From Candidatus Bathyarchaeota archaeon (GTDB taxonomy: Archaea > Thermoproteota > Bathyarchaeia > 40CM-2-53-6), in the NCBI GenBank assembly GCA_005882895.1, contig VBBD01000007.1:1-62479 (forward strand): a DNA stretch of 62,479 bases, in the 5' to 3' direction. Under the pieces are notes generated by a model that worked only from the letters and a program-made list of their open reading frames with translations, searched no databases and had not been told where the DNA came from. The position numbers and the translations under genes were made by a program. Of the stretch, positions 36,956 to 47,075 are shown one piece after another. Position 1 is the stretch's first letter. Every line of letters begins with the position of its first letter.

Positions 36956-37390
36956 ATGATCTACACACAACTAGGAACCGACAAGTATGTCATGAGGCTC
37001 GAATCCGGCGATGACATTCTCCAATCCCTCCGACAATTCGCAACGGCGAAGAGGCTGAGCGCTAGTCTACTCGAGGGCGTCGGCTCTCTGAGCAAGGTCA
37101 AGCTCGGCCACTACGACTTCAAGACAAAACAATACAAGTACGAAACATTCGAAGATGATCTGGAAATCCTAAACCTCTCCGGCAACATATCAACCATGAA
37201 CCGCCGGCCCCTCCCTCATGTTCACGTAACCCTCGGCCGAAGGGACTTTTCAGTAATTGGCGGTCATTTGGATGAAGGGTCAGCAGCCAACATGGTAGAG
37301 ATCGGCATATGGAAACTCTCAGGGAAACTGGTAAAGGCTAAGGATGAAGCAATCGGGTTAAATGTGCTACAACTAGCGCGAAGAATATAG
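36956..37390 (+). CDS. PPC/DUF296 domain protein
   Basis: LEILNLSGNI, PHVHVTLG, GGHL. Confidence 0.9.
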   Translation: MIYTQLGTDKYVMRLESGDDILQSLRQFATAKRLSASLLEGVGSLSKVKLGHYDFKTKQYKYETFEDDLEILNLSGNISTMNRRPLPHVHVTLGRRDFSVIGGHLDEGSAANMVEIGIWKLSGKLVKAKDEAIGLNVLQLARRI

Positions 37391-37511
37391 CCAGTTACTC
37401 GTCAGTCTCACTCATCCCGGTTTTGATCCCAGTTTCTTCATAATCGCACCTTCAGGACCACTTAGCCTATTACACGCTCGACACAGTCTCGAACCAAAGA
37501 TAGGTGCCTAA

Positions 37512-38672
37512 TTGCCGCGTAAGGTCGGGCTACGAATGGTGCTATACCTCTACGTAGCAGTCTTTCTGACAAGGATTGGATTCGGATCAATAACAATCCT
37601 CTTCCCACTCTATCTCCAGGCACCCAGCTACGTAATCGGGGTCATACTCGCACTCTATCCAATGTCCGAAGCGGGCTCAGCGCTGCCTATCGGCCGTCTC
37701 GCGGACCGGTTCAGCCGCAAGAAACTCCACATCATCGGAATGATATTGATCACAATTCTCACCGCAGCGATCGGCTTTACCCGAAGCCTGCTGAACGTCT
37801 CTGTTCTCCATGCAATGATGGGAGTCTCAGCTGCAATCACCGCAGTAACTTCGCTGACACTTTTGGGAGACGCAACCAAACTGACGAATCGGGGGAAGCA
37901 GATGGGAGGATTCGACCTAGCAAACCTAGGAGGCTACGGACTCGGGTTCGGAGTCGGAGGACTACTAGTCAACTCCTTCGCGGATAGGCTGTCGTATGCT
38001 TTCTGGGTGACTGCAGGGCTCTTTCTCTTCGCCGGAATATTGGCGGCCAAGTTTCTTGTGGAACCGGTCAGGGTCTGGGAGCTCAAGCAGCCCAAAATGA
38101 GACAGAGAAGAATCGGAGGCAAGATACGTCCCGTAATCCCTGTCTGGATCGCCCAGACTGTAATACTAGGAATGTACTTTCTACTACCAAAAGCCTTCAG
38201 AGACTCCAGCTCCAGCATTCCTGTTACACGAGATACGCTGATTTTCCTTGGAGTCCTCGGCGGGCTCTTCGCACTTGGGGCTATTGTGTTCGGCCACATA
38301 TCCGATAAGATCGGGAGGACGAGGATAATGGTCGTTGGGGCGTTGGGAGAACTCGGATTCTTACTCCTCTTCGGGTGGTCCGTTCCGGGCGGCGGTTTTG
38401 TGAAATACGAGCTAGTGCTCTGGCCTATGTTCTTTTTAGCGTCTGCAATTGCCCCGGCAATACTCGCCTACGTAGGGGATATCTCGGGCAAAGCCAAGAG
38501 GGGCTCGGCGAACGCGCTCTACAGCATAGTTCTAAGCATCGGTCTAGCTATCGGGAATATCATCGGCGGGTTTGTCGCTGCTTTGGGAATCCAAATGATC
38601 TTTTACGTTGGGGCAGGAATATTGTTCCCCTCAATACTGGCCACGTCAACACTTCTTCGGAGACGCCAATAG
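37512..38672 (+). CDS. MFS transporter
   Basis: GRLADRFSRK and GHISDKIGRTR motif A; about 12 TM. Confidence 0.92.
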   Translation: MPRKVGLRMVLYLYVAVFLTRIGFGSITILFPLYLQAPSYVIGVILALYPMSEAGSALPIGRLADRFSRKKLHIIGMILITILTAAIGFTRSLLNVSVLHAMMGVSAAITAVTSLTLLGDATKLTNRGKQMGGFDLANLGGYGLGFGVGGLLVNSFADRLSYAFWVTAGLFLFAGILAAKFLVEPVRVWELKQPKMRQRRIGGKIRPVIPVWIAQTVILGMYFLLPKAFRDSSSSIPVTRDTLIFLGVLGGLFALGAIVFGHISDKIGRTRIMVVGALGELGFLLLFGWSVPGGGFVKYELVLWPMFFLASAIAPAILAYVGDISGKAKRGSANALYSIVLSIGLAIGNIIGGFVAALGIQMIFYVGAGILFPSILATSTLLRRRQ

Positions 38673-38724
38673 GCAACCGTAAGAATCATCTAGGAGATAG
38701 CTCAACGCGACATCTCGGCCAATA

Positions 38725-39555
38725 ATGCCTCTAGAATATGCCTGCATCATGCCGCACGGCGGAGACATTATCCCACAGTTGGCAGCACGGAAAACCAAGC
38801 ACCTGTTCGTGAAGACAAGAGAATCCATGCGCAAGATTGCAAGAGATATCAGAGAGGTGAGACCCGACACGATCGTAATCGCGAGCCCGCACAACCTGAG
38901 ACTTCAAGACAAGATTGGGATCATGACCTCCGAAAACACAACAGGCCGACTAAATGGTCCAAGGGGAAAAAAAGTCAACCTGAGCCTAAAGTGCGACCGA
39001 GAATTCGCCCAAGACCTCCTCCAAGAATCAACCCGAAAGCATCTACCCGTTGTAGGCGCCAACTACGGAACTGCTGAAGGGCCTGCGTCAGATATGCCGA
39101 TGGATTGGGGGACCCTTGTCCCCATGTGGTTTGTCGCCAAGGAAGAACGGGTCAAAGCTAAGACGGTTATTGTCACACCGTCAAGAGAGATTCCTCTGAG
39201 ACAAAATATCGCGCTAGGGACGACAATTGCCGAGATTGCTGAGAAGAAAGAGAAGCGCATCGTCTTCATTGCAAGTGCTGATCAGGCTCACGCGCACAAG
39301 AGGTCAGGACCTTATGGATACCATTCAAGCGCTGCAAAGTATGACGAGTTCGTCTCACAGGCAATCCGAAAGAATCGCATCGAATCCATTTCTCGGCTAA
39401 AAAAGCGATTCATCGAAGATGCGAAGCCAGACAGCCTCTGGCAGATGGCAATGCTTGCGGGTTTGACCCGAGTAGTCAAGATGCGGGGGAGCCTACTTTC
39501 ATATGATGTTCCAACGTATTATGGAATGATATGCGCAAGTTTCCGCCGAGGCTGA
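38725..39555 (+). CDS. LigB/class III extradiol dioxygenase-fold protein
   Basis: MPHG, IASPHN, MDWGTLVP, ASADQAH, PTYYGM. Confidence 0.75.
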   Translation: MPLEYACIMPHGGDIIPQLAARKTKHLFVKTRESMRKIARDIREVRPDTIVIASPHNLRLQDKIGIMTSENTTGRLNGPRGKKVNLSLKCDREFAQDLLQESTRKHLPVVGANYGTAEGPASDMPMDWGTLVPMWFVAKEERVKAKTVIVTPSREIPLRQNIALGTTIAEIAEKKEKRIVFIASADQAHAHKRSGPYGYHSSAAKYDEFVSQAIRKNRIESISRLKKRFIEDAKPDSLWQMAMLAGLTRVVKMRGSLLSYDVPTYYGMICASFRRG

Positions 39556-39579
39556 ATCGCGATCTTGCTGGAAGTGTTC

Positions 39580-40095
39580 TTACTCTTCGGTCATTCGGTT
39601 CATCATCTCTCTGACCTCGTGCTTGATATCAGGTGAGGTTGTTACCACGACAACTCCCTGTGACGGTTGTCCATAGACGATGAAGGATTTGTCAGGAGAC
39701 TCAAGAATAGCTGGAATGGCAAGCAGGTCTTCTTCGCCATCCACGTAGATTACCGCTTCTGTATGTTGCAGGGCCCCTTTGATGGCATCCCACGCCTCTT
39801 TTGTCACGATCCCTGCCGGGTTTCTGACTCTGTAAATCCGCTCCGCCTTAATCTCAACTGGACTGATGCTTTTTCTGAGAGTCATCTGGTCTACTATTCT
39901 CAGGTTGACTTGTATTCCACTTGCTAGTGTCTCTCGGGAGACTATGTCACCAACTGTGGTGACCTTAGGGGGCTTGTTCTGCTGAATCAGTGTCCTCAAC
40001 TTGGGCATAGTTTCTGCGGGCGTCCCTGTGAGGAGTTTTCCCAGGGGAGTCTTTAGGCGAACGAGGTCGGATTGAGATGGACGGAAGCTTGTCAA
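39580..40095 (-). CDS. GTP-dependent dephospho-CoA kinase (DUF359)
   Basis: TVGDIVS, NPAG, VDGEEDLLAIP, YGQP. Confidence 0.9.
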   Translation of the reverse strand: MTSFRPSQSDLVRLKTPLGKLLTGTPAETMPKLRTLIQQNKPPKVTTVGDIVSRETLASGIQVNLRIVDQMTLRKSISPVEIKAERIYRVRNPAGIVTKEAWDAIKGALQHTEAVIYVDGEEDLLAIPAILESPDKSFIVYGQPSQGVVVVTTSPDIKHEVREMMNRMTEE

Positions 40096-40210
40096 TGCGC
40101 CGTTCGTTGGCGTCTAGCTTTCTAAACTAATCTATGATATCGTAGACCCAGCTCGAAAGGAAACTCAGCTTCAACGGCAAGAGCTTGCAGTTAGAGTCGA
40201 TAGGAGTTCC

Positions 40211-40516
40211 CTATGGACTAGCTGCTTCTTCGGCAAGCTTCTTGATAGTAATTTCAAGCCGATCTACTTCTGTAAGAATCAAGGAACCATCGGTTCCGTA
40301 TTGAGGGTCCTTAGAAACCTCTCCAATGAACTCTCGAATACGCTTCAGCAGCTCCATAGCCCCTTCCTCTCTAGACAGGATCATAGTTTCACCGCAAGCT
40401 GGGCAGGCAAAGCCTGTGGGGCTCCTCGGAAGGCTTCCGGTTTGTGCGGTAGGTGGTGAGAAGAAGTTGCCCTCAAAGATGTGCCCGGCCAAGCACTCCC
40501 ATCGGCTCAAAAACAA
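40211..40516 (-). CDS. Hypothetical zinc-ribbon protein
   Basis: CLAGH and CPACG pair followed by amphipathic helices. Confidence 0.55.
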   Translation of the reverse strand: MFLSRWECLAGHIFEGNFFSPPTAQTGSLPRSPTGFACPACGETMILSREEGAMELLKRIREFIGEVSKDPQYGTDGSLILTEVDRLEITIKKLAEEAASP

Positions 40517-40758
40517 ATCTTCCTCACCAGTGGGCGTGATTCAAAGCTAGCTTTCAAATCAGAGCAACTTATGGACGGAGTGACACTCTATCCCGAAATC
40601 GAGAAGGTCGTTGCCGATTTAAGAGTCGCGTACTTTTTTGCGAAACAAAGGGAAGGACGATCTTGGCTTATTGTGAGAAGCTTCGATAACTGGATTGGTC
40701 TCAGCGGTTAATACAAATTGGCAAAACTAGGGAGACGGAAATATGTCCAAGCAGTGTG

Positions 40759-41790
40759 TCAGGCGTTTCTGGAGGGAATTTGCGGGGCGACGTTCGATCC
40801 GTCGATTCGTTGTAACGTGTCGACCAAGCGCATCGCGTATGCCCATTCGTTGTCATACCAGGCTAAGATGCGAACCATCCCACCAATAGTTTCGGTTGAG
40901 AGCCCATCTACAACCGCGGAATGAGGATCCTTCTTGTAATCAACGGACACTAACGGCTCGTGAGAGACTGTGAGAATTCCCCTCAAGTTTTCGGCCGCCG
41001 CCTGCTCGTACGCGTTGTTAACCTCGTTCCTGCTCACCTCGCCATCGCATTCGACGACGAGGTCTAGAAGCGACACCGTTGAGGTGGGCGCTCTTATTGC
41101 CGAGCAGGTAATTTTTCCTTTAAGTCGAGGGAGAATCTTGCCTATTGTCTGGCTGGCTCCAGTGCGAGTGGGTATGAGGGATTGGCCTGCTGCTCGGGCT
41201 CTTCGAAGATCCTCATGAGACCCGTCGAGCAATCTTTGATCGTTAGTGTAGGAATGGATTGTCGTGGCAAATCCGTGTTTGACCCTGAAATTATCGTCCA
41301 TGACCTTTAGAGTAGTCGCTAGACAGTTTGTGGTGCATGAGCCCATGGAAATGATCCTGTGGTGATTCGGGTCATACGTTTCCAAGTTACAGCCAGGTAT
41401 GAGAGTCACGTCGGCCTCTTCTGAAGGAGCGCTGACTAACACTGTATGGGCTCCGTTGGAGAGGTATGTCTTGAGCACTTCGCGCTGAAGTGGCTGTCCG
41501 GTGCTTTCAAGCACTATGTCGACTTCGAATTTTTCCCAGTCGATCTTTGATTGTATCGTTTCGCTGAGACACGGTGTCTTTTTCCCTGCGCACATAATGG
41601 TATCCAAGTCACAGCCAACATCAAGTGGCAGCGTTCCGTAGGTTGAGTCGTACTTCAGGAGATGAGCGAGTGTTCGTGGCGGAGAGGTTGAGTTTATCAC
41701 CGCGACTTCCATGTCAGAGTTTTGATTCTCCAAGAGCGCCCGGTAGAAGCACCTTCCGATCCGGCCAAAACCGTTGATGGCTACTCGCAA
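40759..41790 (-). CDS. gap: Type I (bacterial-like) glyceraldehyde-3-phosphate dehydrogenase
   Basis: MRVAINGFGRIGR, SCTTNCLA, HSYTNDQ, DLRRARAA, WYDNEW. Confidence 0.92.
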   Translation of the reverse strand: MRVAINGFGRIGRCFYRALLENQNSDMEVAVINSTSPPRTLAHLLKYDSTYGTLPLDVGCDLDTIMCAGKKTPCLSETIQSKIDWEKFEVDIVLESTGQPLQREVLKTYLSNGAHTVLVSAPSEEADVTLIPGCNLETYDPNHHRIISMGSCTTNCLATTLKVMDDNFRVKHGFATTIHSYTNDQRLLDGSHEDLRRARAAGQSLIPTRTGASQTIGKILPRLKGKITCSAIRAPTSTVSLLDLVVECDGEVSRNEVNNAYEQAAAENLRGILTVSHEPLVSVDYKKDPHSAVVDGLSTETIGGMVRILAWYDNEWAYAMRLVDTLQRIDGSNVAPQIPSRNA

Positions 41791-42089
41791 CTAGCGGTTG
41801 GCCACCAGATTCATGATGATAGTCCAGGTGGCTCGGTGAACTCTTGCGGATGACTGGGGGTAGGTAGACCTCTGCAGGACGAATCTGCCTCATTTCTTCT
41901 GGTGGTTCTGTTGCGCGTTGAAGTATTTATTCAATCTTAGGTCTCTAACTACTATGAGGGCGGAAGATATCTCAAGATTTATTTGTCATTACAACGGTTG
42001 ATATCGGTGGTTCCTTTTAGGAAGGGTTAAAACTCGCGAGTCTGCAAGCCCTCCGCAAGGCGGAGTTAGGTACGAGCGGAGAAGCCATC

Positions 42090-43247
42090 TTGAGAACTTA
42101 TCCTGCAAACCAGGCTCAGGCGATCGTGCAAGCACGGCATGAGTTCAATATCGGGTTGATGAGGCCTGTTGTCGATGAGGAGATGATTGAGGCCGGTATT
42201 TCCGCGCTACGAAACGAGAGGCTCGTTATGGGCGAGAGTGTCTACAAGTTCGAGGAAGAGTTTGCACGGTACTGCGGCACGCGTTACGCGGTTTCGACAG
42301 CTTCAGGGACTGCTGCGCTACAAATTGCCTTCCAGTCGATAGGGATCCACGGTGACGATGAGATCTTGACAACTCCCTTTTCGTTTTTTGCAACCTCTAA
42401 CGCAATCATTCACGCAGCTGCGCAGCCGAGGTTTGCGGACGTTGAGGATTCCGGATTCAACTTGGATCCTGAAAACGCGTCTAAGAAAATCACCTCGAAG
42501 ACCCGAGCAGTTGAGCCGGTGCATCTCTACGGCCAGCCAGCACGAGTGGACGAATTCCTAGCAATGGCGGAAGACCGAGGTATCAGTATCGTTGAAGATT
42601 GTTGCCAGGCCCATGGTGCAGAGTATGATGGAAAGAAAGTTGGATCGCTTGGTCTAGCGGGATGTTTTTCTTTCTACTCTAGCAAGAACATGACCGTCGG
42701 CGGTGACGGTGGCATGATAACGACCAACGACAAGAATCTTGCCGATGCTGCTCGATCCTTCAGAGATTGCGGGAGGGCGTCCAAATACGAAATGTCCCGT
42801 GTCGGATATACATCGAGGCTGAATACTGTTAACGCCGCGATCGGCAGGGTCCAGCTTCGAAGGCTCGACAAGTGGAACAGTCTTAGAAGGGGAATTGCCA
42901 GCCTCTACCGGCGGGATCTCGAAGGCGTAGAAGGAATCACGCTCCCGCCCGAAGAGAATTCGAAAGAGGTCCCCGTGTACCACTTGTTCGTGATCAGAAG
43001 CGAGCACCGCGATCGAATCGCGAAGCGGCTCGAGGAGAAGGGAATAGAGTCTGCCATCCACTATCCCATTCCAATTCATCTCCAAGACTACTACCGGCGC
43101 CAGTATGGATTCTCAGAAGGATCCTTCCCCGTATCAGAGAAGCTTGCGAAAGAAGTTCTCAGCCTACCCATGCACCCGATGCTCTCAGAACAAGAGGTCA
43201 GTCTAGTCTCTCGAACAGTTCGAGAGGCTGTTCATCAGGACTCCTGA
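42090..43247 (+). CDS. DegT/DnrJ/EryC1/StrS sugar aminotransferase (WbpE-like)
   Basis: SGTAAL, PVHLYGQ, EDCCQAHGA, FSFYSSKN, GDGG, LSLPMHP. Confidence 0.93.
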   Translation: MRTYPANQAQAIVQARHEFNIGLMRPVVDEEMIEAGISALRNERLVMGESVYKFEEEFARYCGTRYAVSTASGTAALQIAFQSIGIHGDDEILTTPFSFFATSNAIIHAAAQPRFADVEDSGFNLDPENASKKITSKTRAVEPVHLYGQPARVDEFLAMAEDRGISIVEDCCQAHGAEYDGKKVGSLGLAGCFSFYSSKNMTVGGDGGMITTNDKNLADAARSFRDCGRASKYEMSRVGYTSRLNTVNAAIGRVQLRRLDKWNSLRRGIASLYRRDLEGVEGITLPPEENSKEVPVYHLFVIRSEHRDRIAKRLEEKGIESAIHYPIPIHLQDYYRRQYGFSEGSFPVSEKLAKEVLSLPMHPMLSEQEVSLVSRTVREAVHQDS

Positions 43248-43269
43248 AACCACTAGGAAGGCTTGGAGC

Positions 43270-44274
43270 GTGGAACCTCTCAGAATCGCCGTCATCGGGG
43301 CGGGGTATTGGGGAAAGAAGGTCATCCGTGAGACTCTGGACGTTGGCAGGACTACAGGACGCGTCCAAGTTCACGCAGTGGTTGACAACTCCCCTACCAT
43401 GCTGTCCCACTGCCAGAATGAGTTTGGCCCCCTAGACTACAGGCTAGACTATCATGAGCTTCTCACAGACCCGAAACTGTCAGGGGTACACATCTGCTCC
43501 CCGAACGCGACCCACTTCGAAGTCGCCTCTGACTTCCTCAAAGCCGGAAAGAATGTTCTAGTTGAAAAGCCGCTTACTCTAAGATCGAAAGAGGCGTATC
43601 AGCTAGTGCAGCTGGCGAAGGACAATAATCTCGTCCTCTGCACGGGCCATATTCACAGGTTCAACAATGGTGTCAGGGAGCTAAGAAGAGCCCTCTCCAG
43701 CGGCGTCCTCGGCGATCTCTACTACCTCAGATTCGTCTGGACAGGTTTCCTGCCTCCCCAAGGATTCCGGGAAGTCATCACGGACCTTGCGCCGCATCCG
43801 TTCGATATTTGCAATTACCTTTTGGACATGTGGCCTAACAAGGTTACTTGCAGGGGTAAAGGATACAGGACAAAGGAGAACGAGGAAATGGCTTTCATAA
43901 CAGCAGAGCACTCAGGAGAGCTTACCGCGCAAGTCGAGGTTAGCTGGTTGAGTAGAGAGAAGCGGAGAGAGGTAACTGTGGTCGGGAGTAAGGCGGAAGC
44001 GTACTTGGATTGCTCTGACCAGAAAGGCGTTCTCCGGACTGCAGAGGGTACCCAGCAGATATCGATCACGCCTAGCAACACCTTGAGGGAAGAGGTCGAA
44101 CACTTCCTGAATTGTATAACCAGCCATCAAGACTCCAAACCCTTTTCCAACCAGTCAGACGGGGTCCTAGGGGCCCGGGTAGTCAGCGTCCTGGAATCTG
44201 CACGTGAATCTATCCGTCAGGAGCGCACGATGCAGATTCAGATGCCTACTGCCGAGGAGATCCCTGCAAAGTGA
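43270..44274 (+). CDS. Gfo/Idh/MocA NDP-sugar dehydrogenase (WbpB-like)
   Basis: GAGYWG, VLVEKP, GHIHRFN, DLAPHPFD. Confidence 0.88.
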   Translation: MEPLRIAVIGAGYWGKKVIRETLDVGRTTGRVQVHAVVDNSPTMLSHCQNEFGPLDYRLDYHELLTDPKLSGVHICSPNATHFEVASDFLKAGKNVLVEKPLTLRSKEAYQLVQLAKDNNLVLCTGHIHRFNNGVRELRRALSSGVLGDLYYLRFVWTGFLPPQGFREVITDLAPHPFDICNYLLDMWPNKVTCRGKGYRTKENEEMAFITAEHSGELTAQVEVSWLSREKRREVTVVGSKAEAYLDCSDQKGVLRTAEGTQQISITPSNTLREEVEHFLNCITSHQDSKPFSNQSDGVLGARVVSVLESARESIRQERTMQIQMPTAEEIPAK

Positions 44275-44735
44275 GGAGCAGCTCGAAATATTCCGTTATC
44301 AAGAAATCTAGGATCGGGAAAGACTCCCGAGTCTACGACCAGGTAAACCTTTACGGCTGCACGATTGGCAAGAACACGAAAATAGACGCTTACGTTTACA
44401 TCGAAGAAGGCGTCACTATAGGGGATAATTGTAAGGTCAGACCGTTTGTTTTCATCCCGACCGGAGTAACGATAGAGGACAGTGTCTTCATCGGGCCCAA
44501 CGTCACTTTTACCAATGACAAATATCCCAGGAGCAGCGGTGACTGGTCTCTGCTCAAGACCCGGATCAAAAGATTCGTGTCCATAGGAGCTGGGTCCACC
44601 ATAAACCCAGGAGTAACCATCGGCGAGAACGCCCTCATCGGGTCCGGCTCCGTGGTTACAAAAGACATCCCCAGCAACGCAGTTGCAGTCGGTAATCCAG
44701 CCCGGGTCGTCGGCCAGAGAGAACCGCACAGGTAA
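44271..44735 (+). CDS. Hexapeptide-repeat N-acetyltransferase (WbpD-like)
   Basis: FIGPNVTFTNDKYP, IGSGSVVTKDIP, VGNPAR. Confidence 0.9.
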   Translation: MRSSSKYSVIKKSRIGKDSRVYDQVNLYGCTIGKNTKIDAYVYIEEGVTIGDNCKVRPFVFIPTGVTIEDSVFIGPNVTFTNDKYPRSSGDWSLLKTRIKRFVSIGAGSTINPGVTIGENALIGSGSVVTKDIPSNAVAVGNPARVVGQREPHR

Positions 44736-44743
44736 GGGACTCG

Positions 44744-45475
44744 CTTTCGAAAACTCTTGCGATAATTCCAATCTACAGCGAAGCCCCGTCAGTGGGAACG
44801 GTCCTAGAGAGATTCGGGCCGGGCGTCGTTGACGAGATTTGTCTAGTCGCTGACAGCCCATCGCCCAGGACGCTGAAGCGGATCGAAGAAGCGCGCCGAA
44901 GCATCGATGTTCCAGTATACTTGATCCATAATCCTGAGAGGAAGGGAATCGGTTACGCTATCAGGCAGGGATACAGTTACGCCCTCGATAACAAGTTTGA
45001 CCTGATTGTGGTGATGGCTGGGAATGGGAAAGATGATCCTAGGGAAATTCCTAGGCTGACCGCACCGATACTGAAAGAGGGGACGGACTACGTCCAAGGA
45101 TCTCGGTTCCTCCCCGGAGGACGACGGAAAAAGAATCCGTTCCTCAGAAGCATCTTCACCCGCCTGTTTCCGGTCATCTGGACTTCGATGACCGGTGTCC
45201 ACTGTACGGAGGTTACGAACGGATTCAGAGCCTATAGATCCTCGATTCTAAAAGACCCCCGGATCAACGTATGGCAGAGCTGGCTTGACAACTACGAGCT
45301 GGAGTATTATCTGCACTACAAGGCTCTCACACTAGGCTACAAGTTTGCAGAACGGCCGGTCTCAAAAGACTATACGGAAATCAGGAAGGGAAAATACTCA
45401 CACATTTCTCCCCTCAAAGACTGGTGGCAGATAGTTGGGCCCGTATTCATGTTGAAACTCGGGGTCAAAAAATAG
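44744..45475 (+). CDS. Glycosyltransferase family 2 (DPM1-like); start uncertain
   Basis: KTLAIIPIYSE lies upstream of GTG 44792; GIGYA, VQGSRF, TNGFRAY. Confidence 0.8.
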   Translation, partial: LSKTLAIIPIYSEAPSVGTVLERFGPGVVDEICLVADSPSPRTLKRIEEARRSIDVPVYLIHNPERKGIGYAIRQGYSYALDNKFDLIVVMAGNGKDDPREIPRLTAPILKEGTDYVQGSRFLPGGRRKKNPFLRSIFTRLFPVIWTSMTGVHCTEVTNGFRAYRSSILKDPRINVWQSWLDNYELEYYLHYKALTLGYKFAERPVSKDYTEIRKGKYSHISPLKDWWQIVGPVFMLKLGVKK

Positions 45476-45477
45476 CC

Positions 45478-47070
45478 TTGGAACCGGCTATCGCTCAAGG
45501 CATAGTCCTGAGAGGCAACCAGGACAGAGACGTTCGAGTCTTGCGAGAATATGCTGAATTCTGGAAAATACCGTACGTTGTCGATCCTCTCCGTGAAGAG
45601 AACCAGATTCTCGTCTCGTCTGGGATGATACCGCGGACCGAAGTAAGGAACAGTGCAAGTGTCATCATTTTCCCATCGGGACCGGAAGACTCCAAAGATA
45701 TTGCGAAAGAATACGGCCTTACGTTCCATACTAGGGACACCCTGCTTCGACTTCCAGTTAGTCCCGACGTCTCCGTTGCAATAAGAACCAGAGTGAACGA
45801 GTTCTCAGGAGCCGGCATCGAGCCAGTGATCAGCGATGGCAAAACAGCAGTGTTGTCCAAGATCCGCGATACACGCATTCACATATCATCGGTGGATCTG
45901 GTCTCCGAGTACGAGAGACTGGTAACCGGGGGATTAGAGGAAGCTCCGAGCAGAAAATTCCGACTTGTGACAAAGTTTCCATTCTCGTATCGAGCGATAC
46001 CGTCTTTCATCAGGAATCGAGCATTCAGAACCCCCGATGCTGTCACGGAATTCACGGAGGACAAGCTTTCCCCTGTTGAATGCCTTCGGGCTGTCTTTCT
46101 GGCAAGCCTAGTTGTCGCGGCAGGACTTGCAATACCGCGGATAGCCTTCTGGCGGAAGGGAAAATCCCACGCTCTGGCGATCACCCACGATGTGGAGACG
46201 AGACTGGGCCTTGATGAGGGCGCGGGAAGATGCGCGGACATAGAGTCTAAGCTCGGGGTCCGTTCGACCTGGAACATTCCCAGCGAACGATATCCCCTCT
46301 CATCCCAACTACTGATCTGCCTTGCAAGTACGGGGGAAGTTGGGGGGCACGATACGAAACATGATGGCCGGCTGATTTTCGAGAGCTTTGAGAACAAGGT
46401 GGAAAGGGTCGGCAGGTGCAAATCCCGACTTGAATCCCTCTGCAAAAAGGAGGTTCGAGGGTTCAGGTCCCCTCTACTCCAGCATGGACGAGAACTACTA
46501 GGCGCGCTGGGAAAGGCAGGGTACATGTACGATTCATCCGTTCCAAGCTGGGAACCTCTCTCGCCCACATCCCTCAGGCCACATGGGGTCGGAACTGTCT
46601 TCCCATTCTTCATCTCGGGGATGTTAGAGATCCCTGTTTCTCTACCTCAGGACCACCAGCTCATCAGGGTGAGCGGTCTCGCCACTTCGGAGGCTGTTGA
46701 GGAGCTCTTTCGGATTTCGCGATGGATCCACGGTGTCGGTGGCGCGTGTGTATTACTAGTTCACCCGGATTACGAGTTTGGCCGGCCCGAGAATGCGGAG
46801 GAGTACTATCGCCTTCTCGACAGGTTCAGGTCTGATCCCGAGTGCGAGGTTCTAACGCTAGGGGAATTGGCGCAGTGGTGGATTCATCGGGCCAACTCCC
46901 GCATCGAGACGCGCAACGGGAACGTGTCCATCCAGTATGGGGATAGGGACCGGCCTGGCGATCTTGAACTTGAGATAGTGACTGGGTACGGTAGTGATGG
47001 ATTCAAGGTTTCCCGCCTCGACAGCCCAGAAATAGTCCCGCTCCGTGAGCACACTTTCAGGGGGGAATAG
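45478..47070 (+). CDS. Polysaccharide deacetylase family protein
   Basis: ITHDVE, GGHDTKH, RGFRSP, YDSS, LLVHP; TTG 45478 after the previous stop. Confidence 0.8.
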   Translation: MEPAIAQGIVLRGNQDRDVRVLREYAEFWKIPYVVDPLREENQILVSSGMIPRTEVRNSASVIIFPSGPEDSKDIAKEYGLTFHTRDTLLRLPVSPDVSVAIRTRVNEFSGAGIEPVISDGKTAVLSKIRDTRIHISSVDLVSEYERLVTGGLEEAPSRKFRLVTKFPFSYRAIPSFIRNRAFRTPDAVTEFTEDKLSPVECLRAVFLASLVVAAGLAIPRIAFWRKGKSHALAITHDVETRLGLDEGAGRCADIESKLGVRSTWNIPSERYPLSSQLLICLASTGEVGGHDTKHDGRLIFESFENKVERVGRCKSRLESLCKKEVRGFRSPLLQHGRELLGALGKAGYMYDSSVPSWEPLSPTSLRPHGVGTVFPFFISGMLEIPVSLPQDHQLIRVSGLATSEAVEELFRISRWIHGVGGACVLLVHPDYEFGRPENAEEYYRLLDRFRSDPECEVLTLGELAQWWIHRANSRIETRNGNVSIQYGDRDRPGDLELEIVTGYGSDGFKVSRLDSPEIVPLREHTFRGE

Positions 47071-47075
47071 TCTTC

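Noticed and set aside
40481-40924. Short + strand ORFs separated by a TAA, a possible readthrough or pseudogene
   Set aside because: No recognisable family; they overlap neighbouring genes; TAA is not a Sec/Pyl codon
41813-41876. Possible C/D box sRNA (ATGATGA ... GTGA ... GGATGA)
   Set aside because: No terminal CTGA D box and no terminal stem
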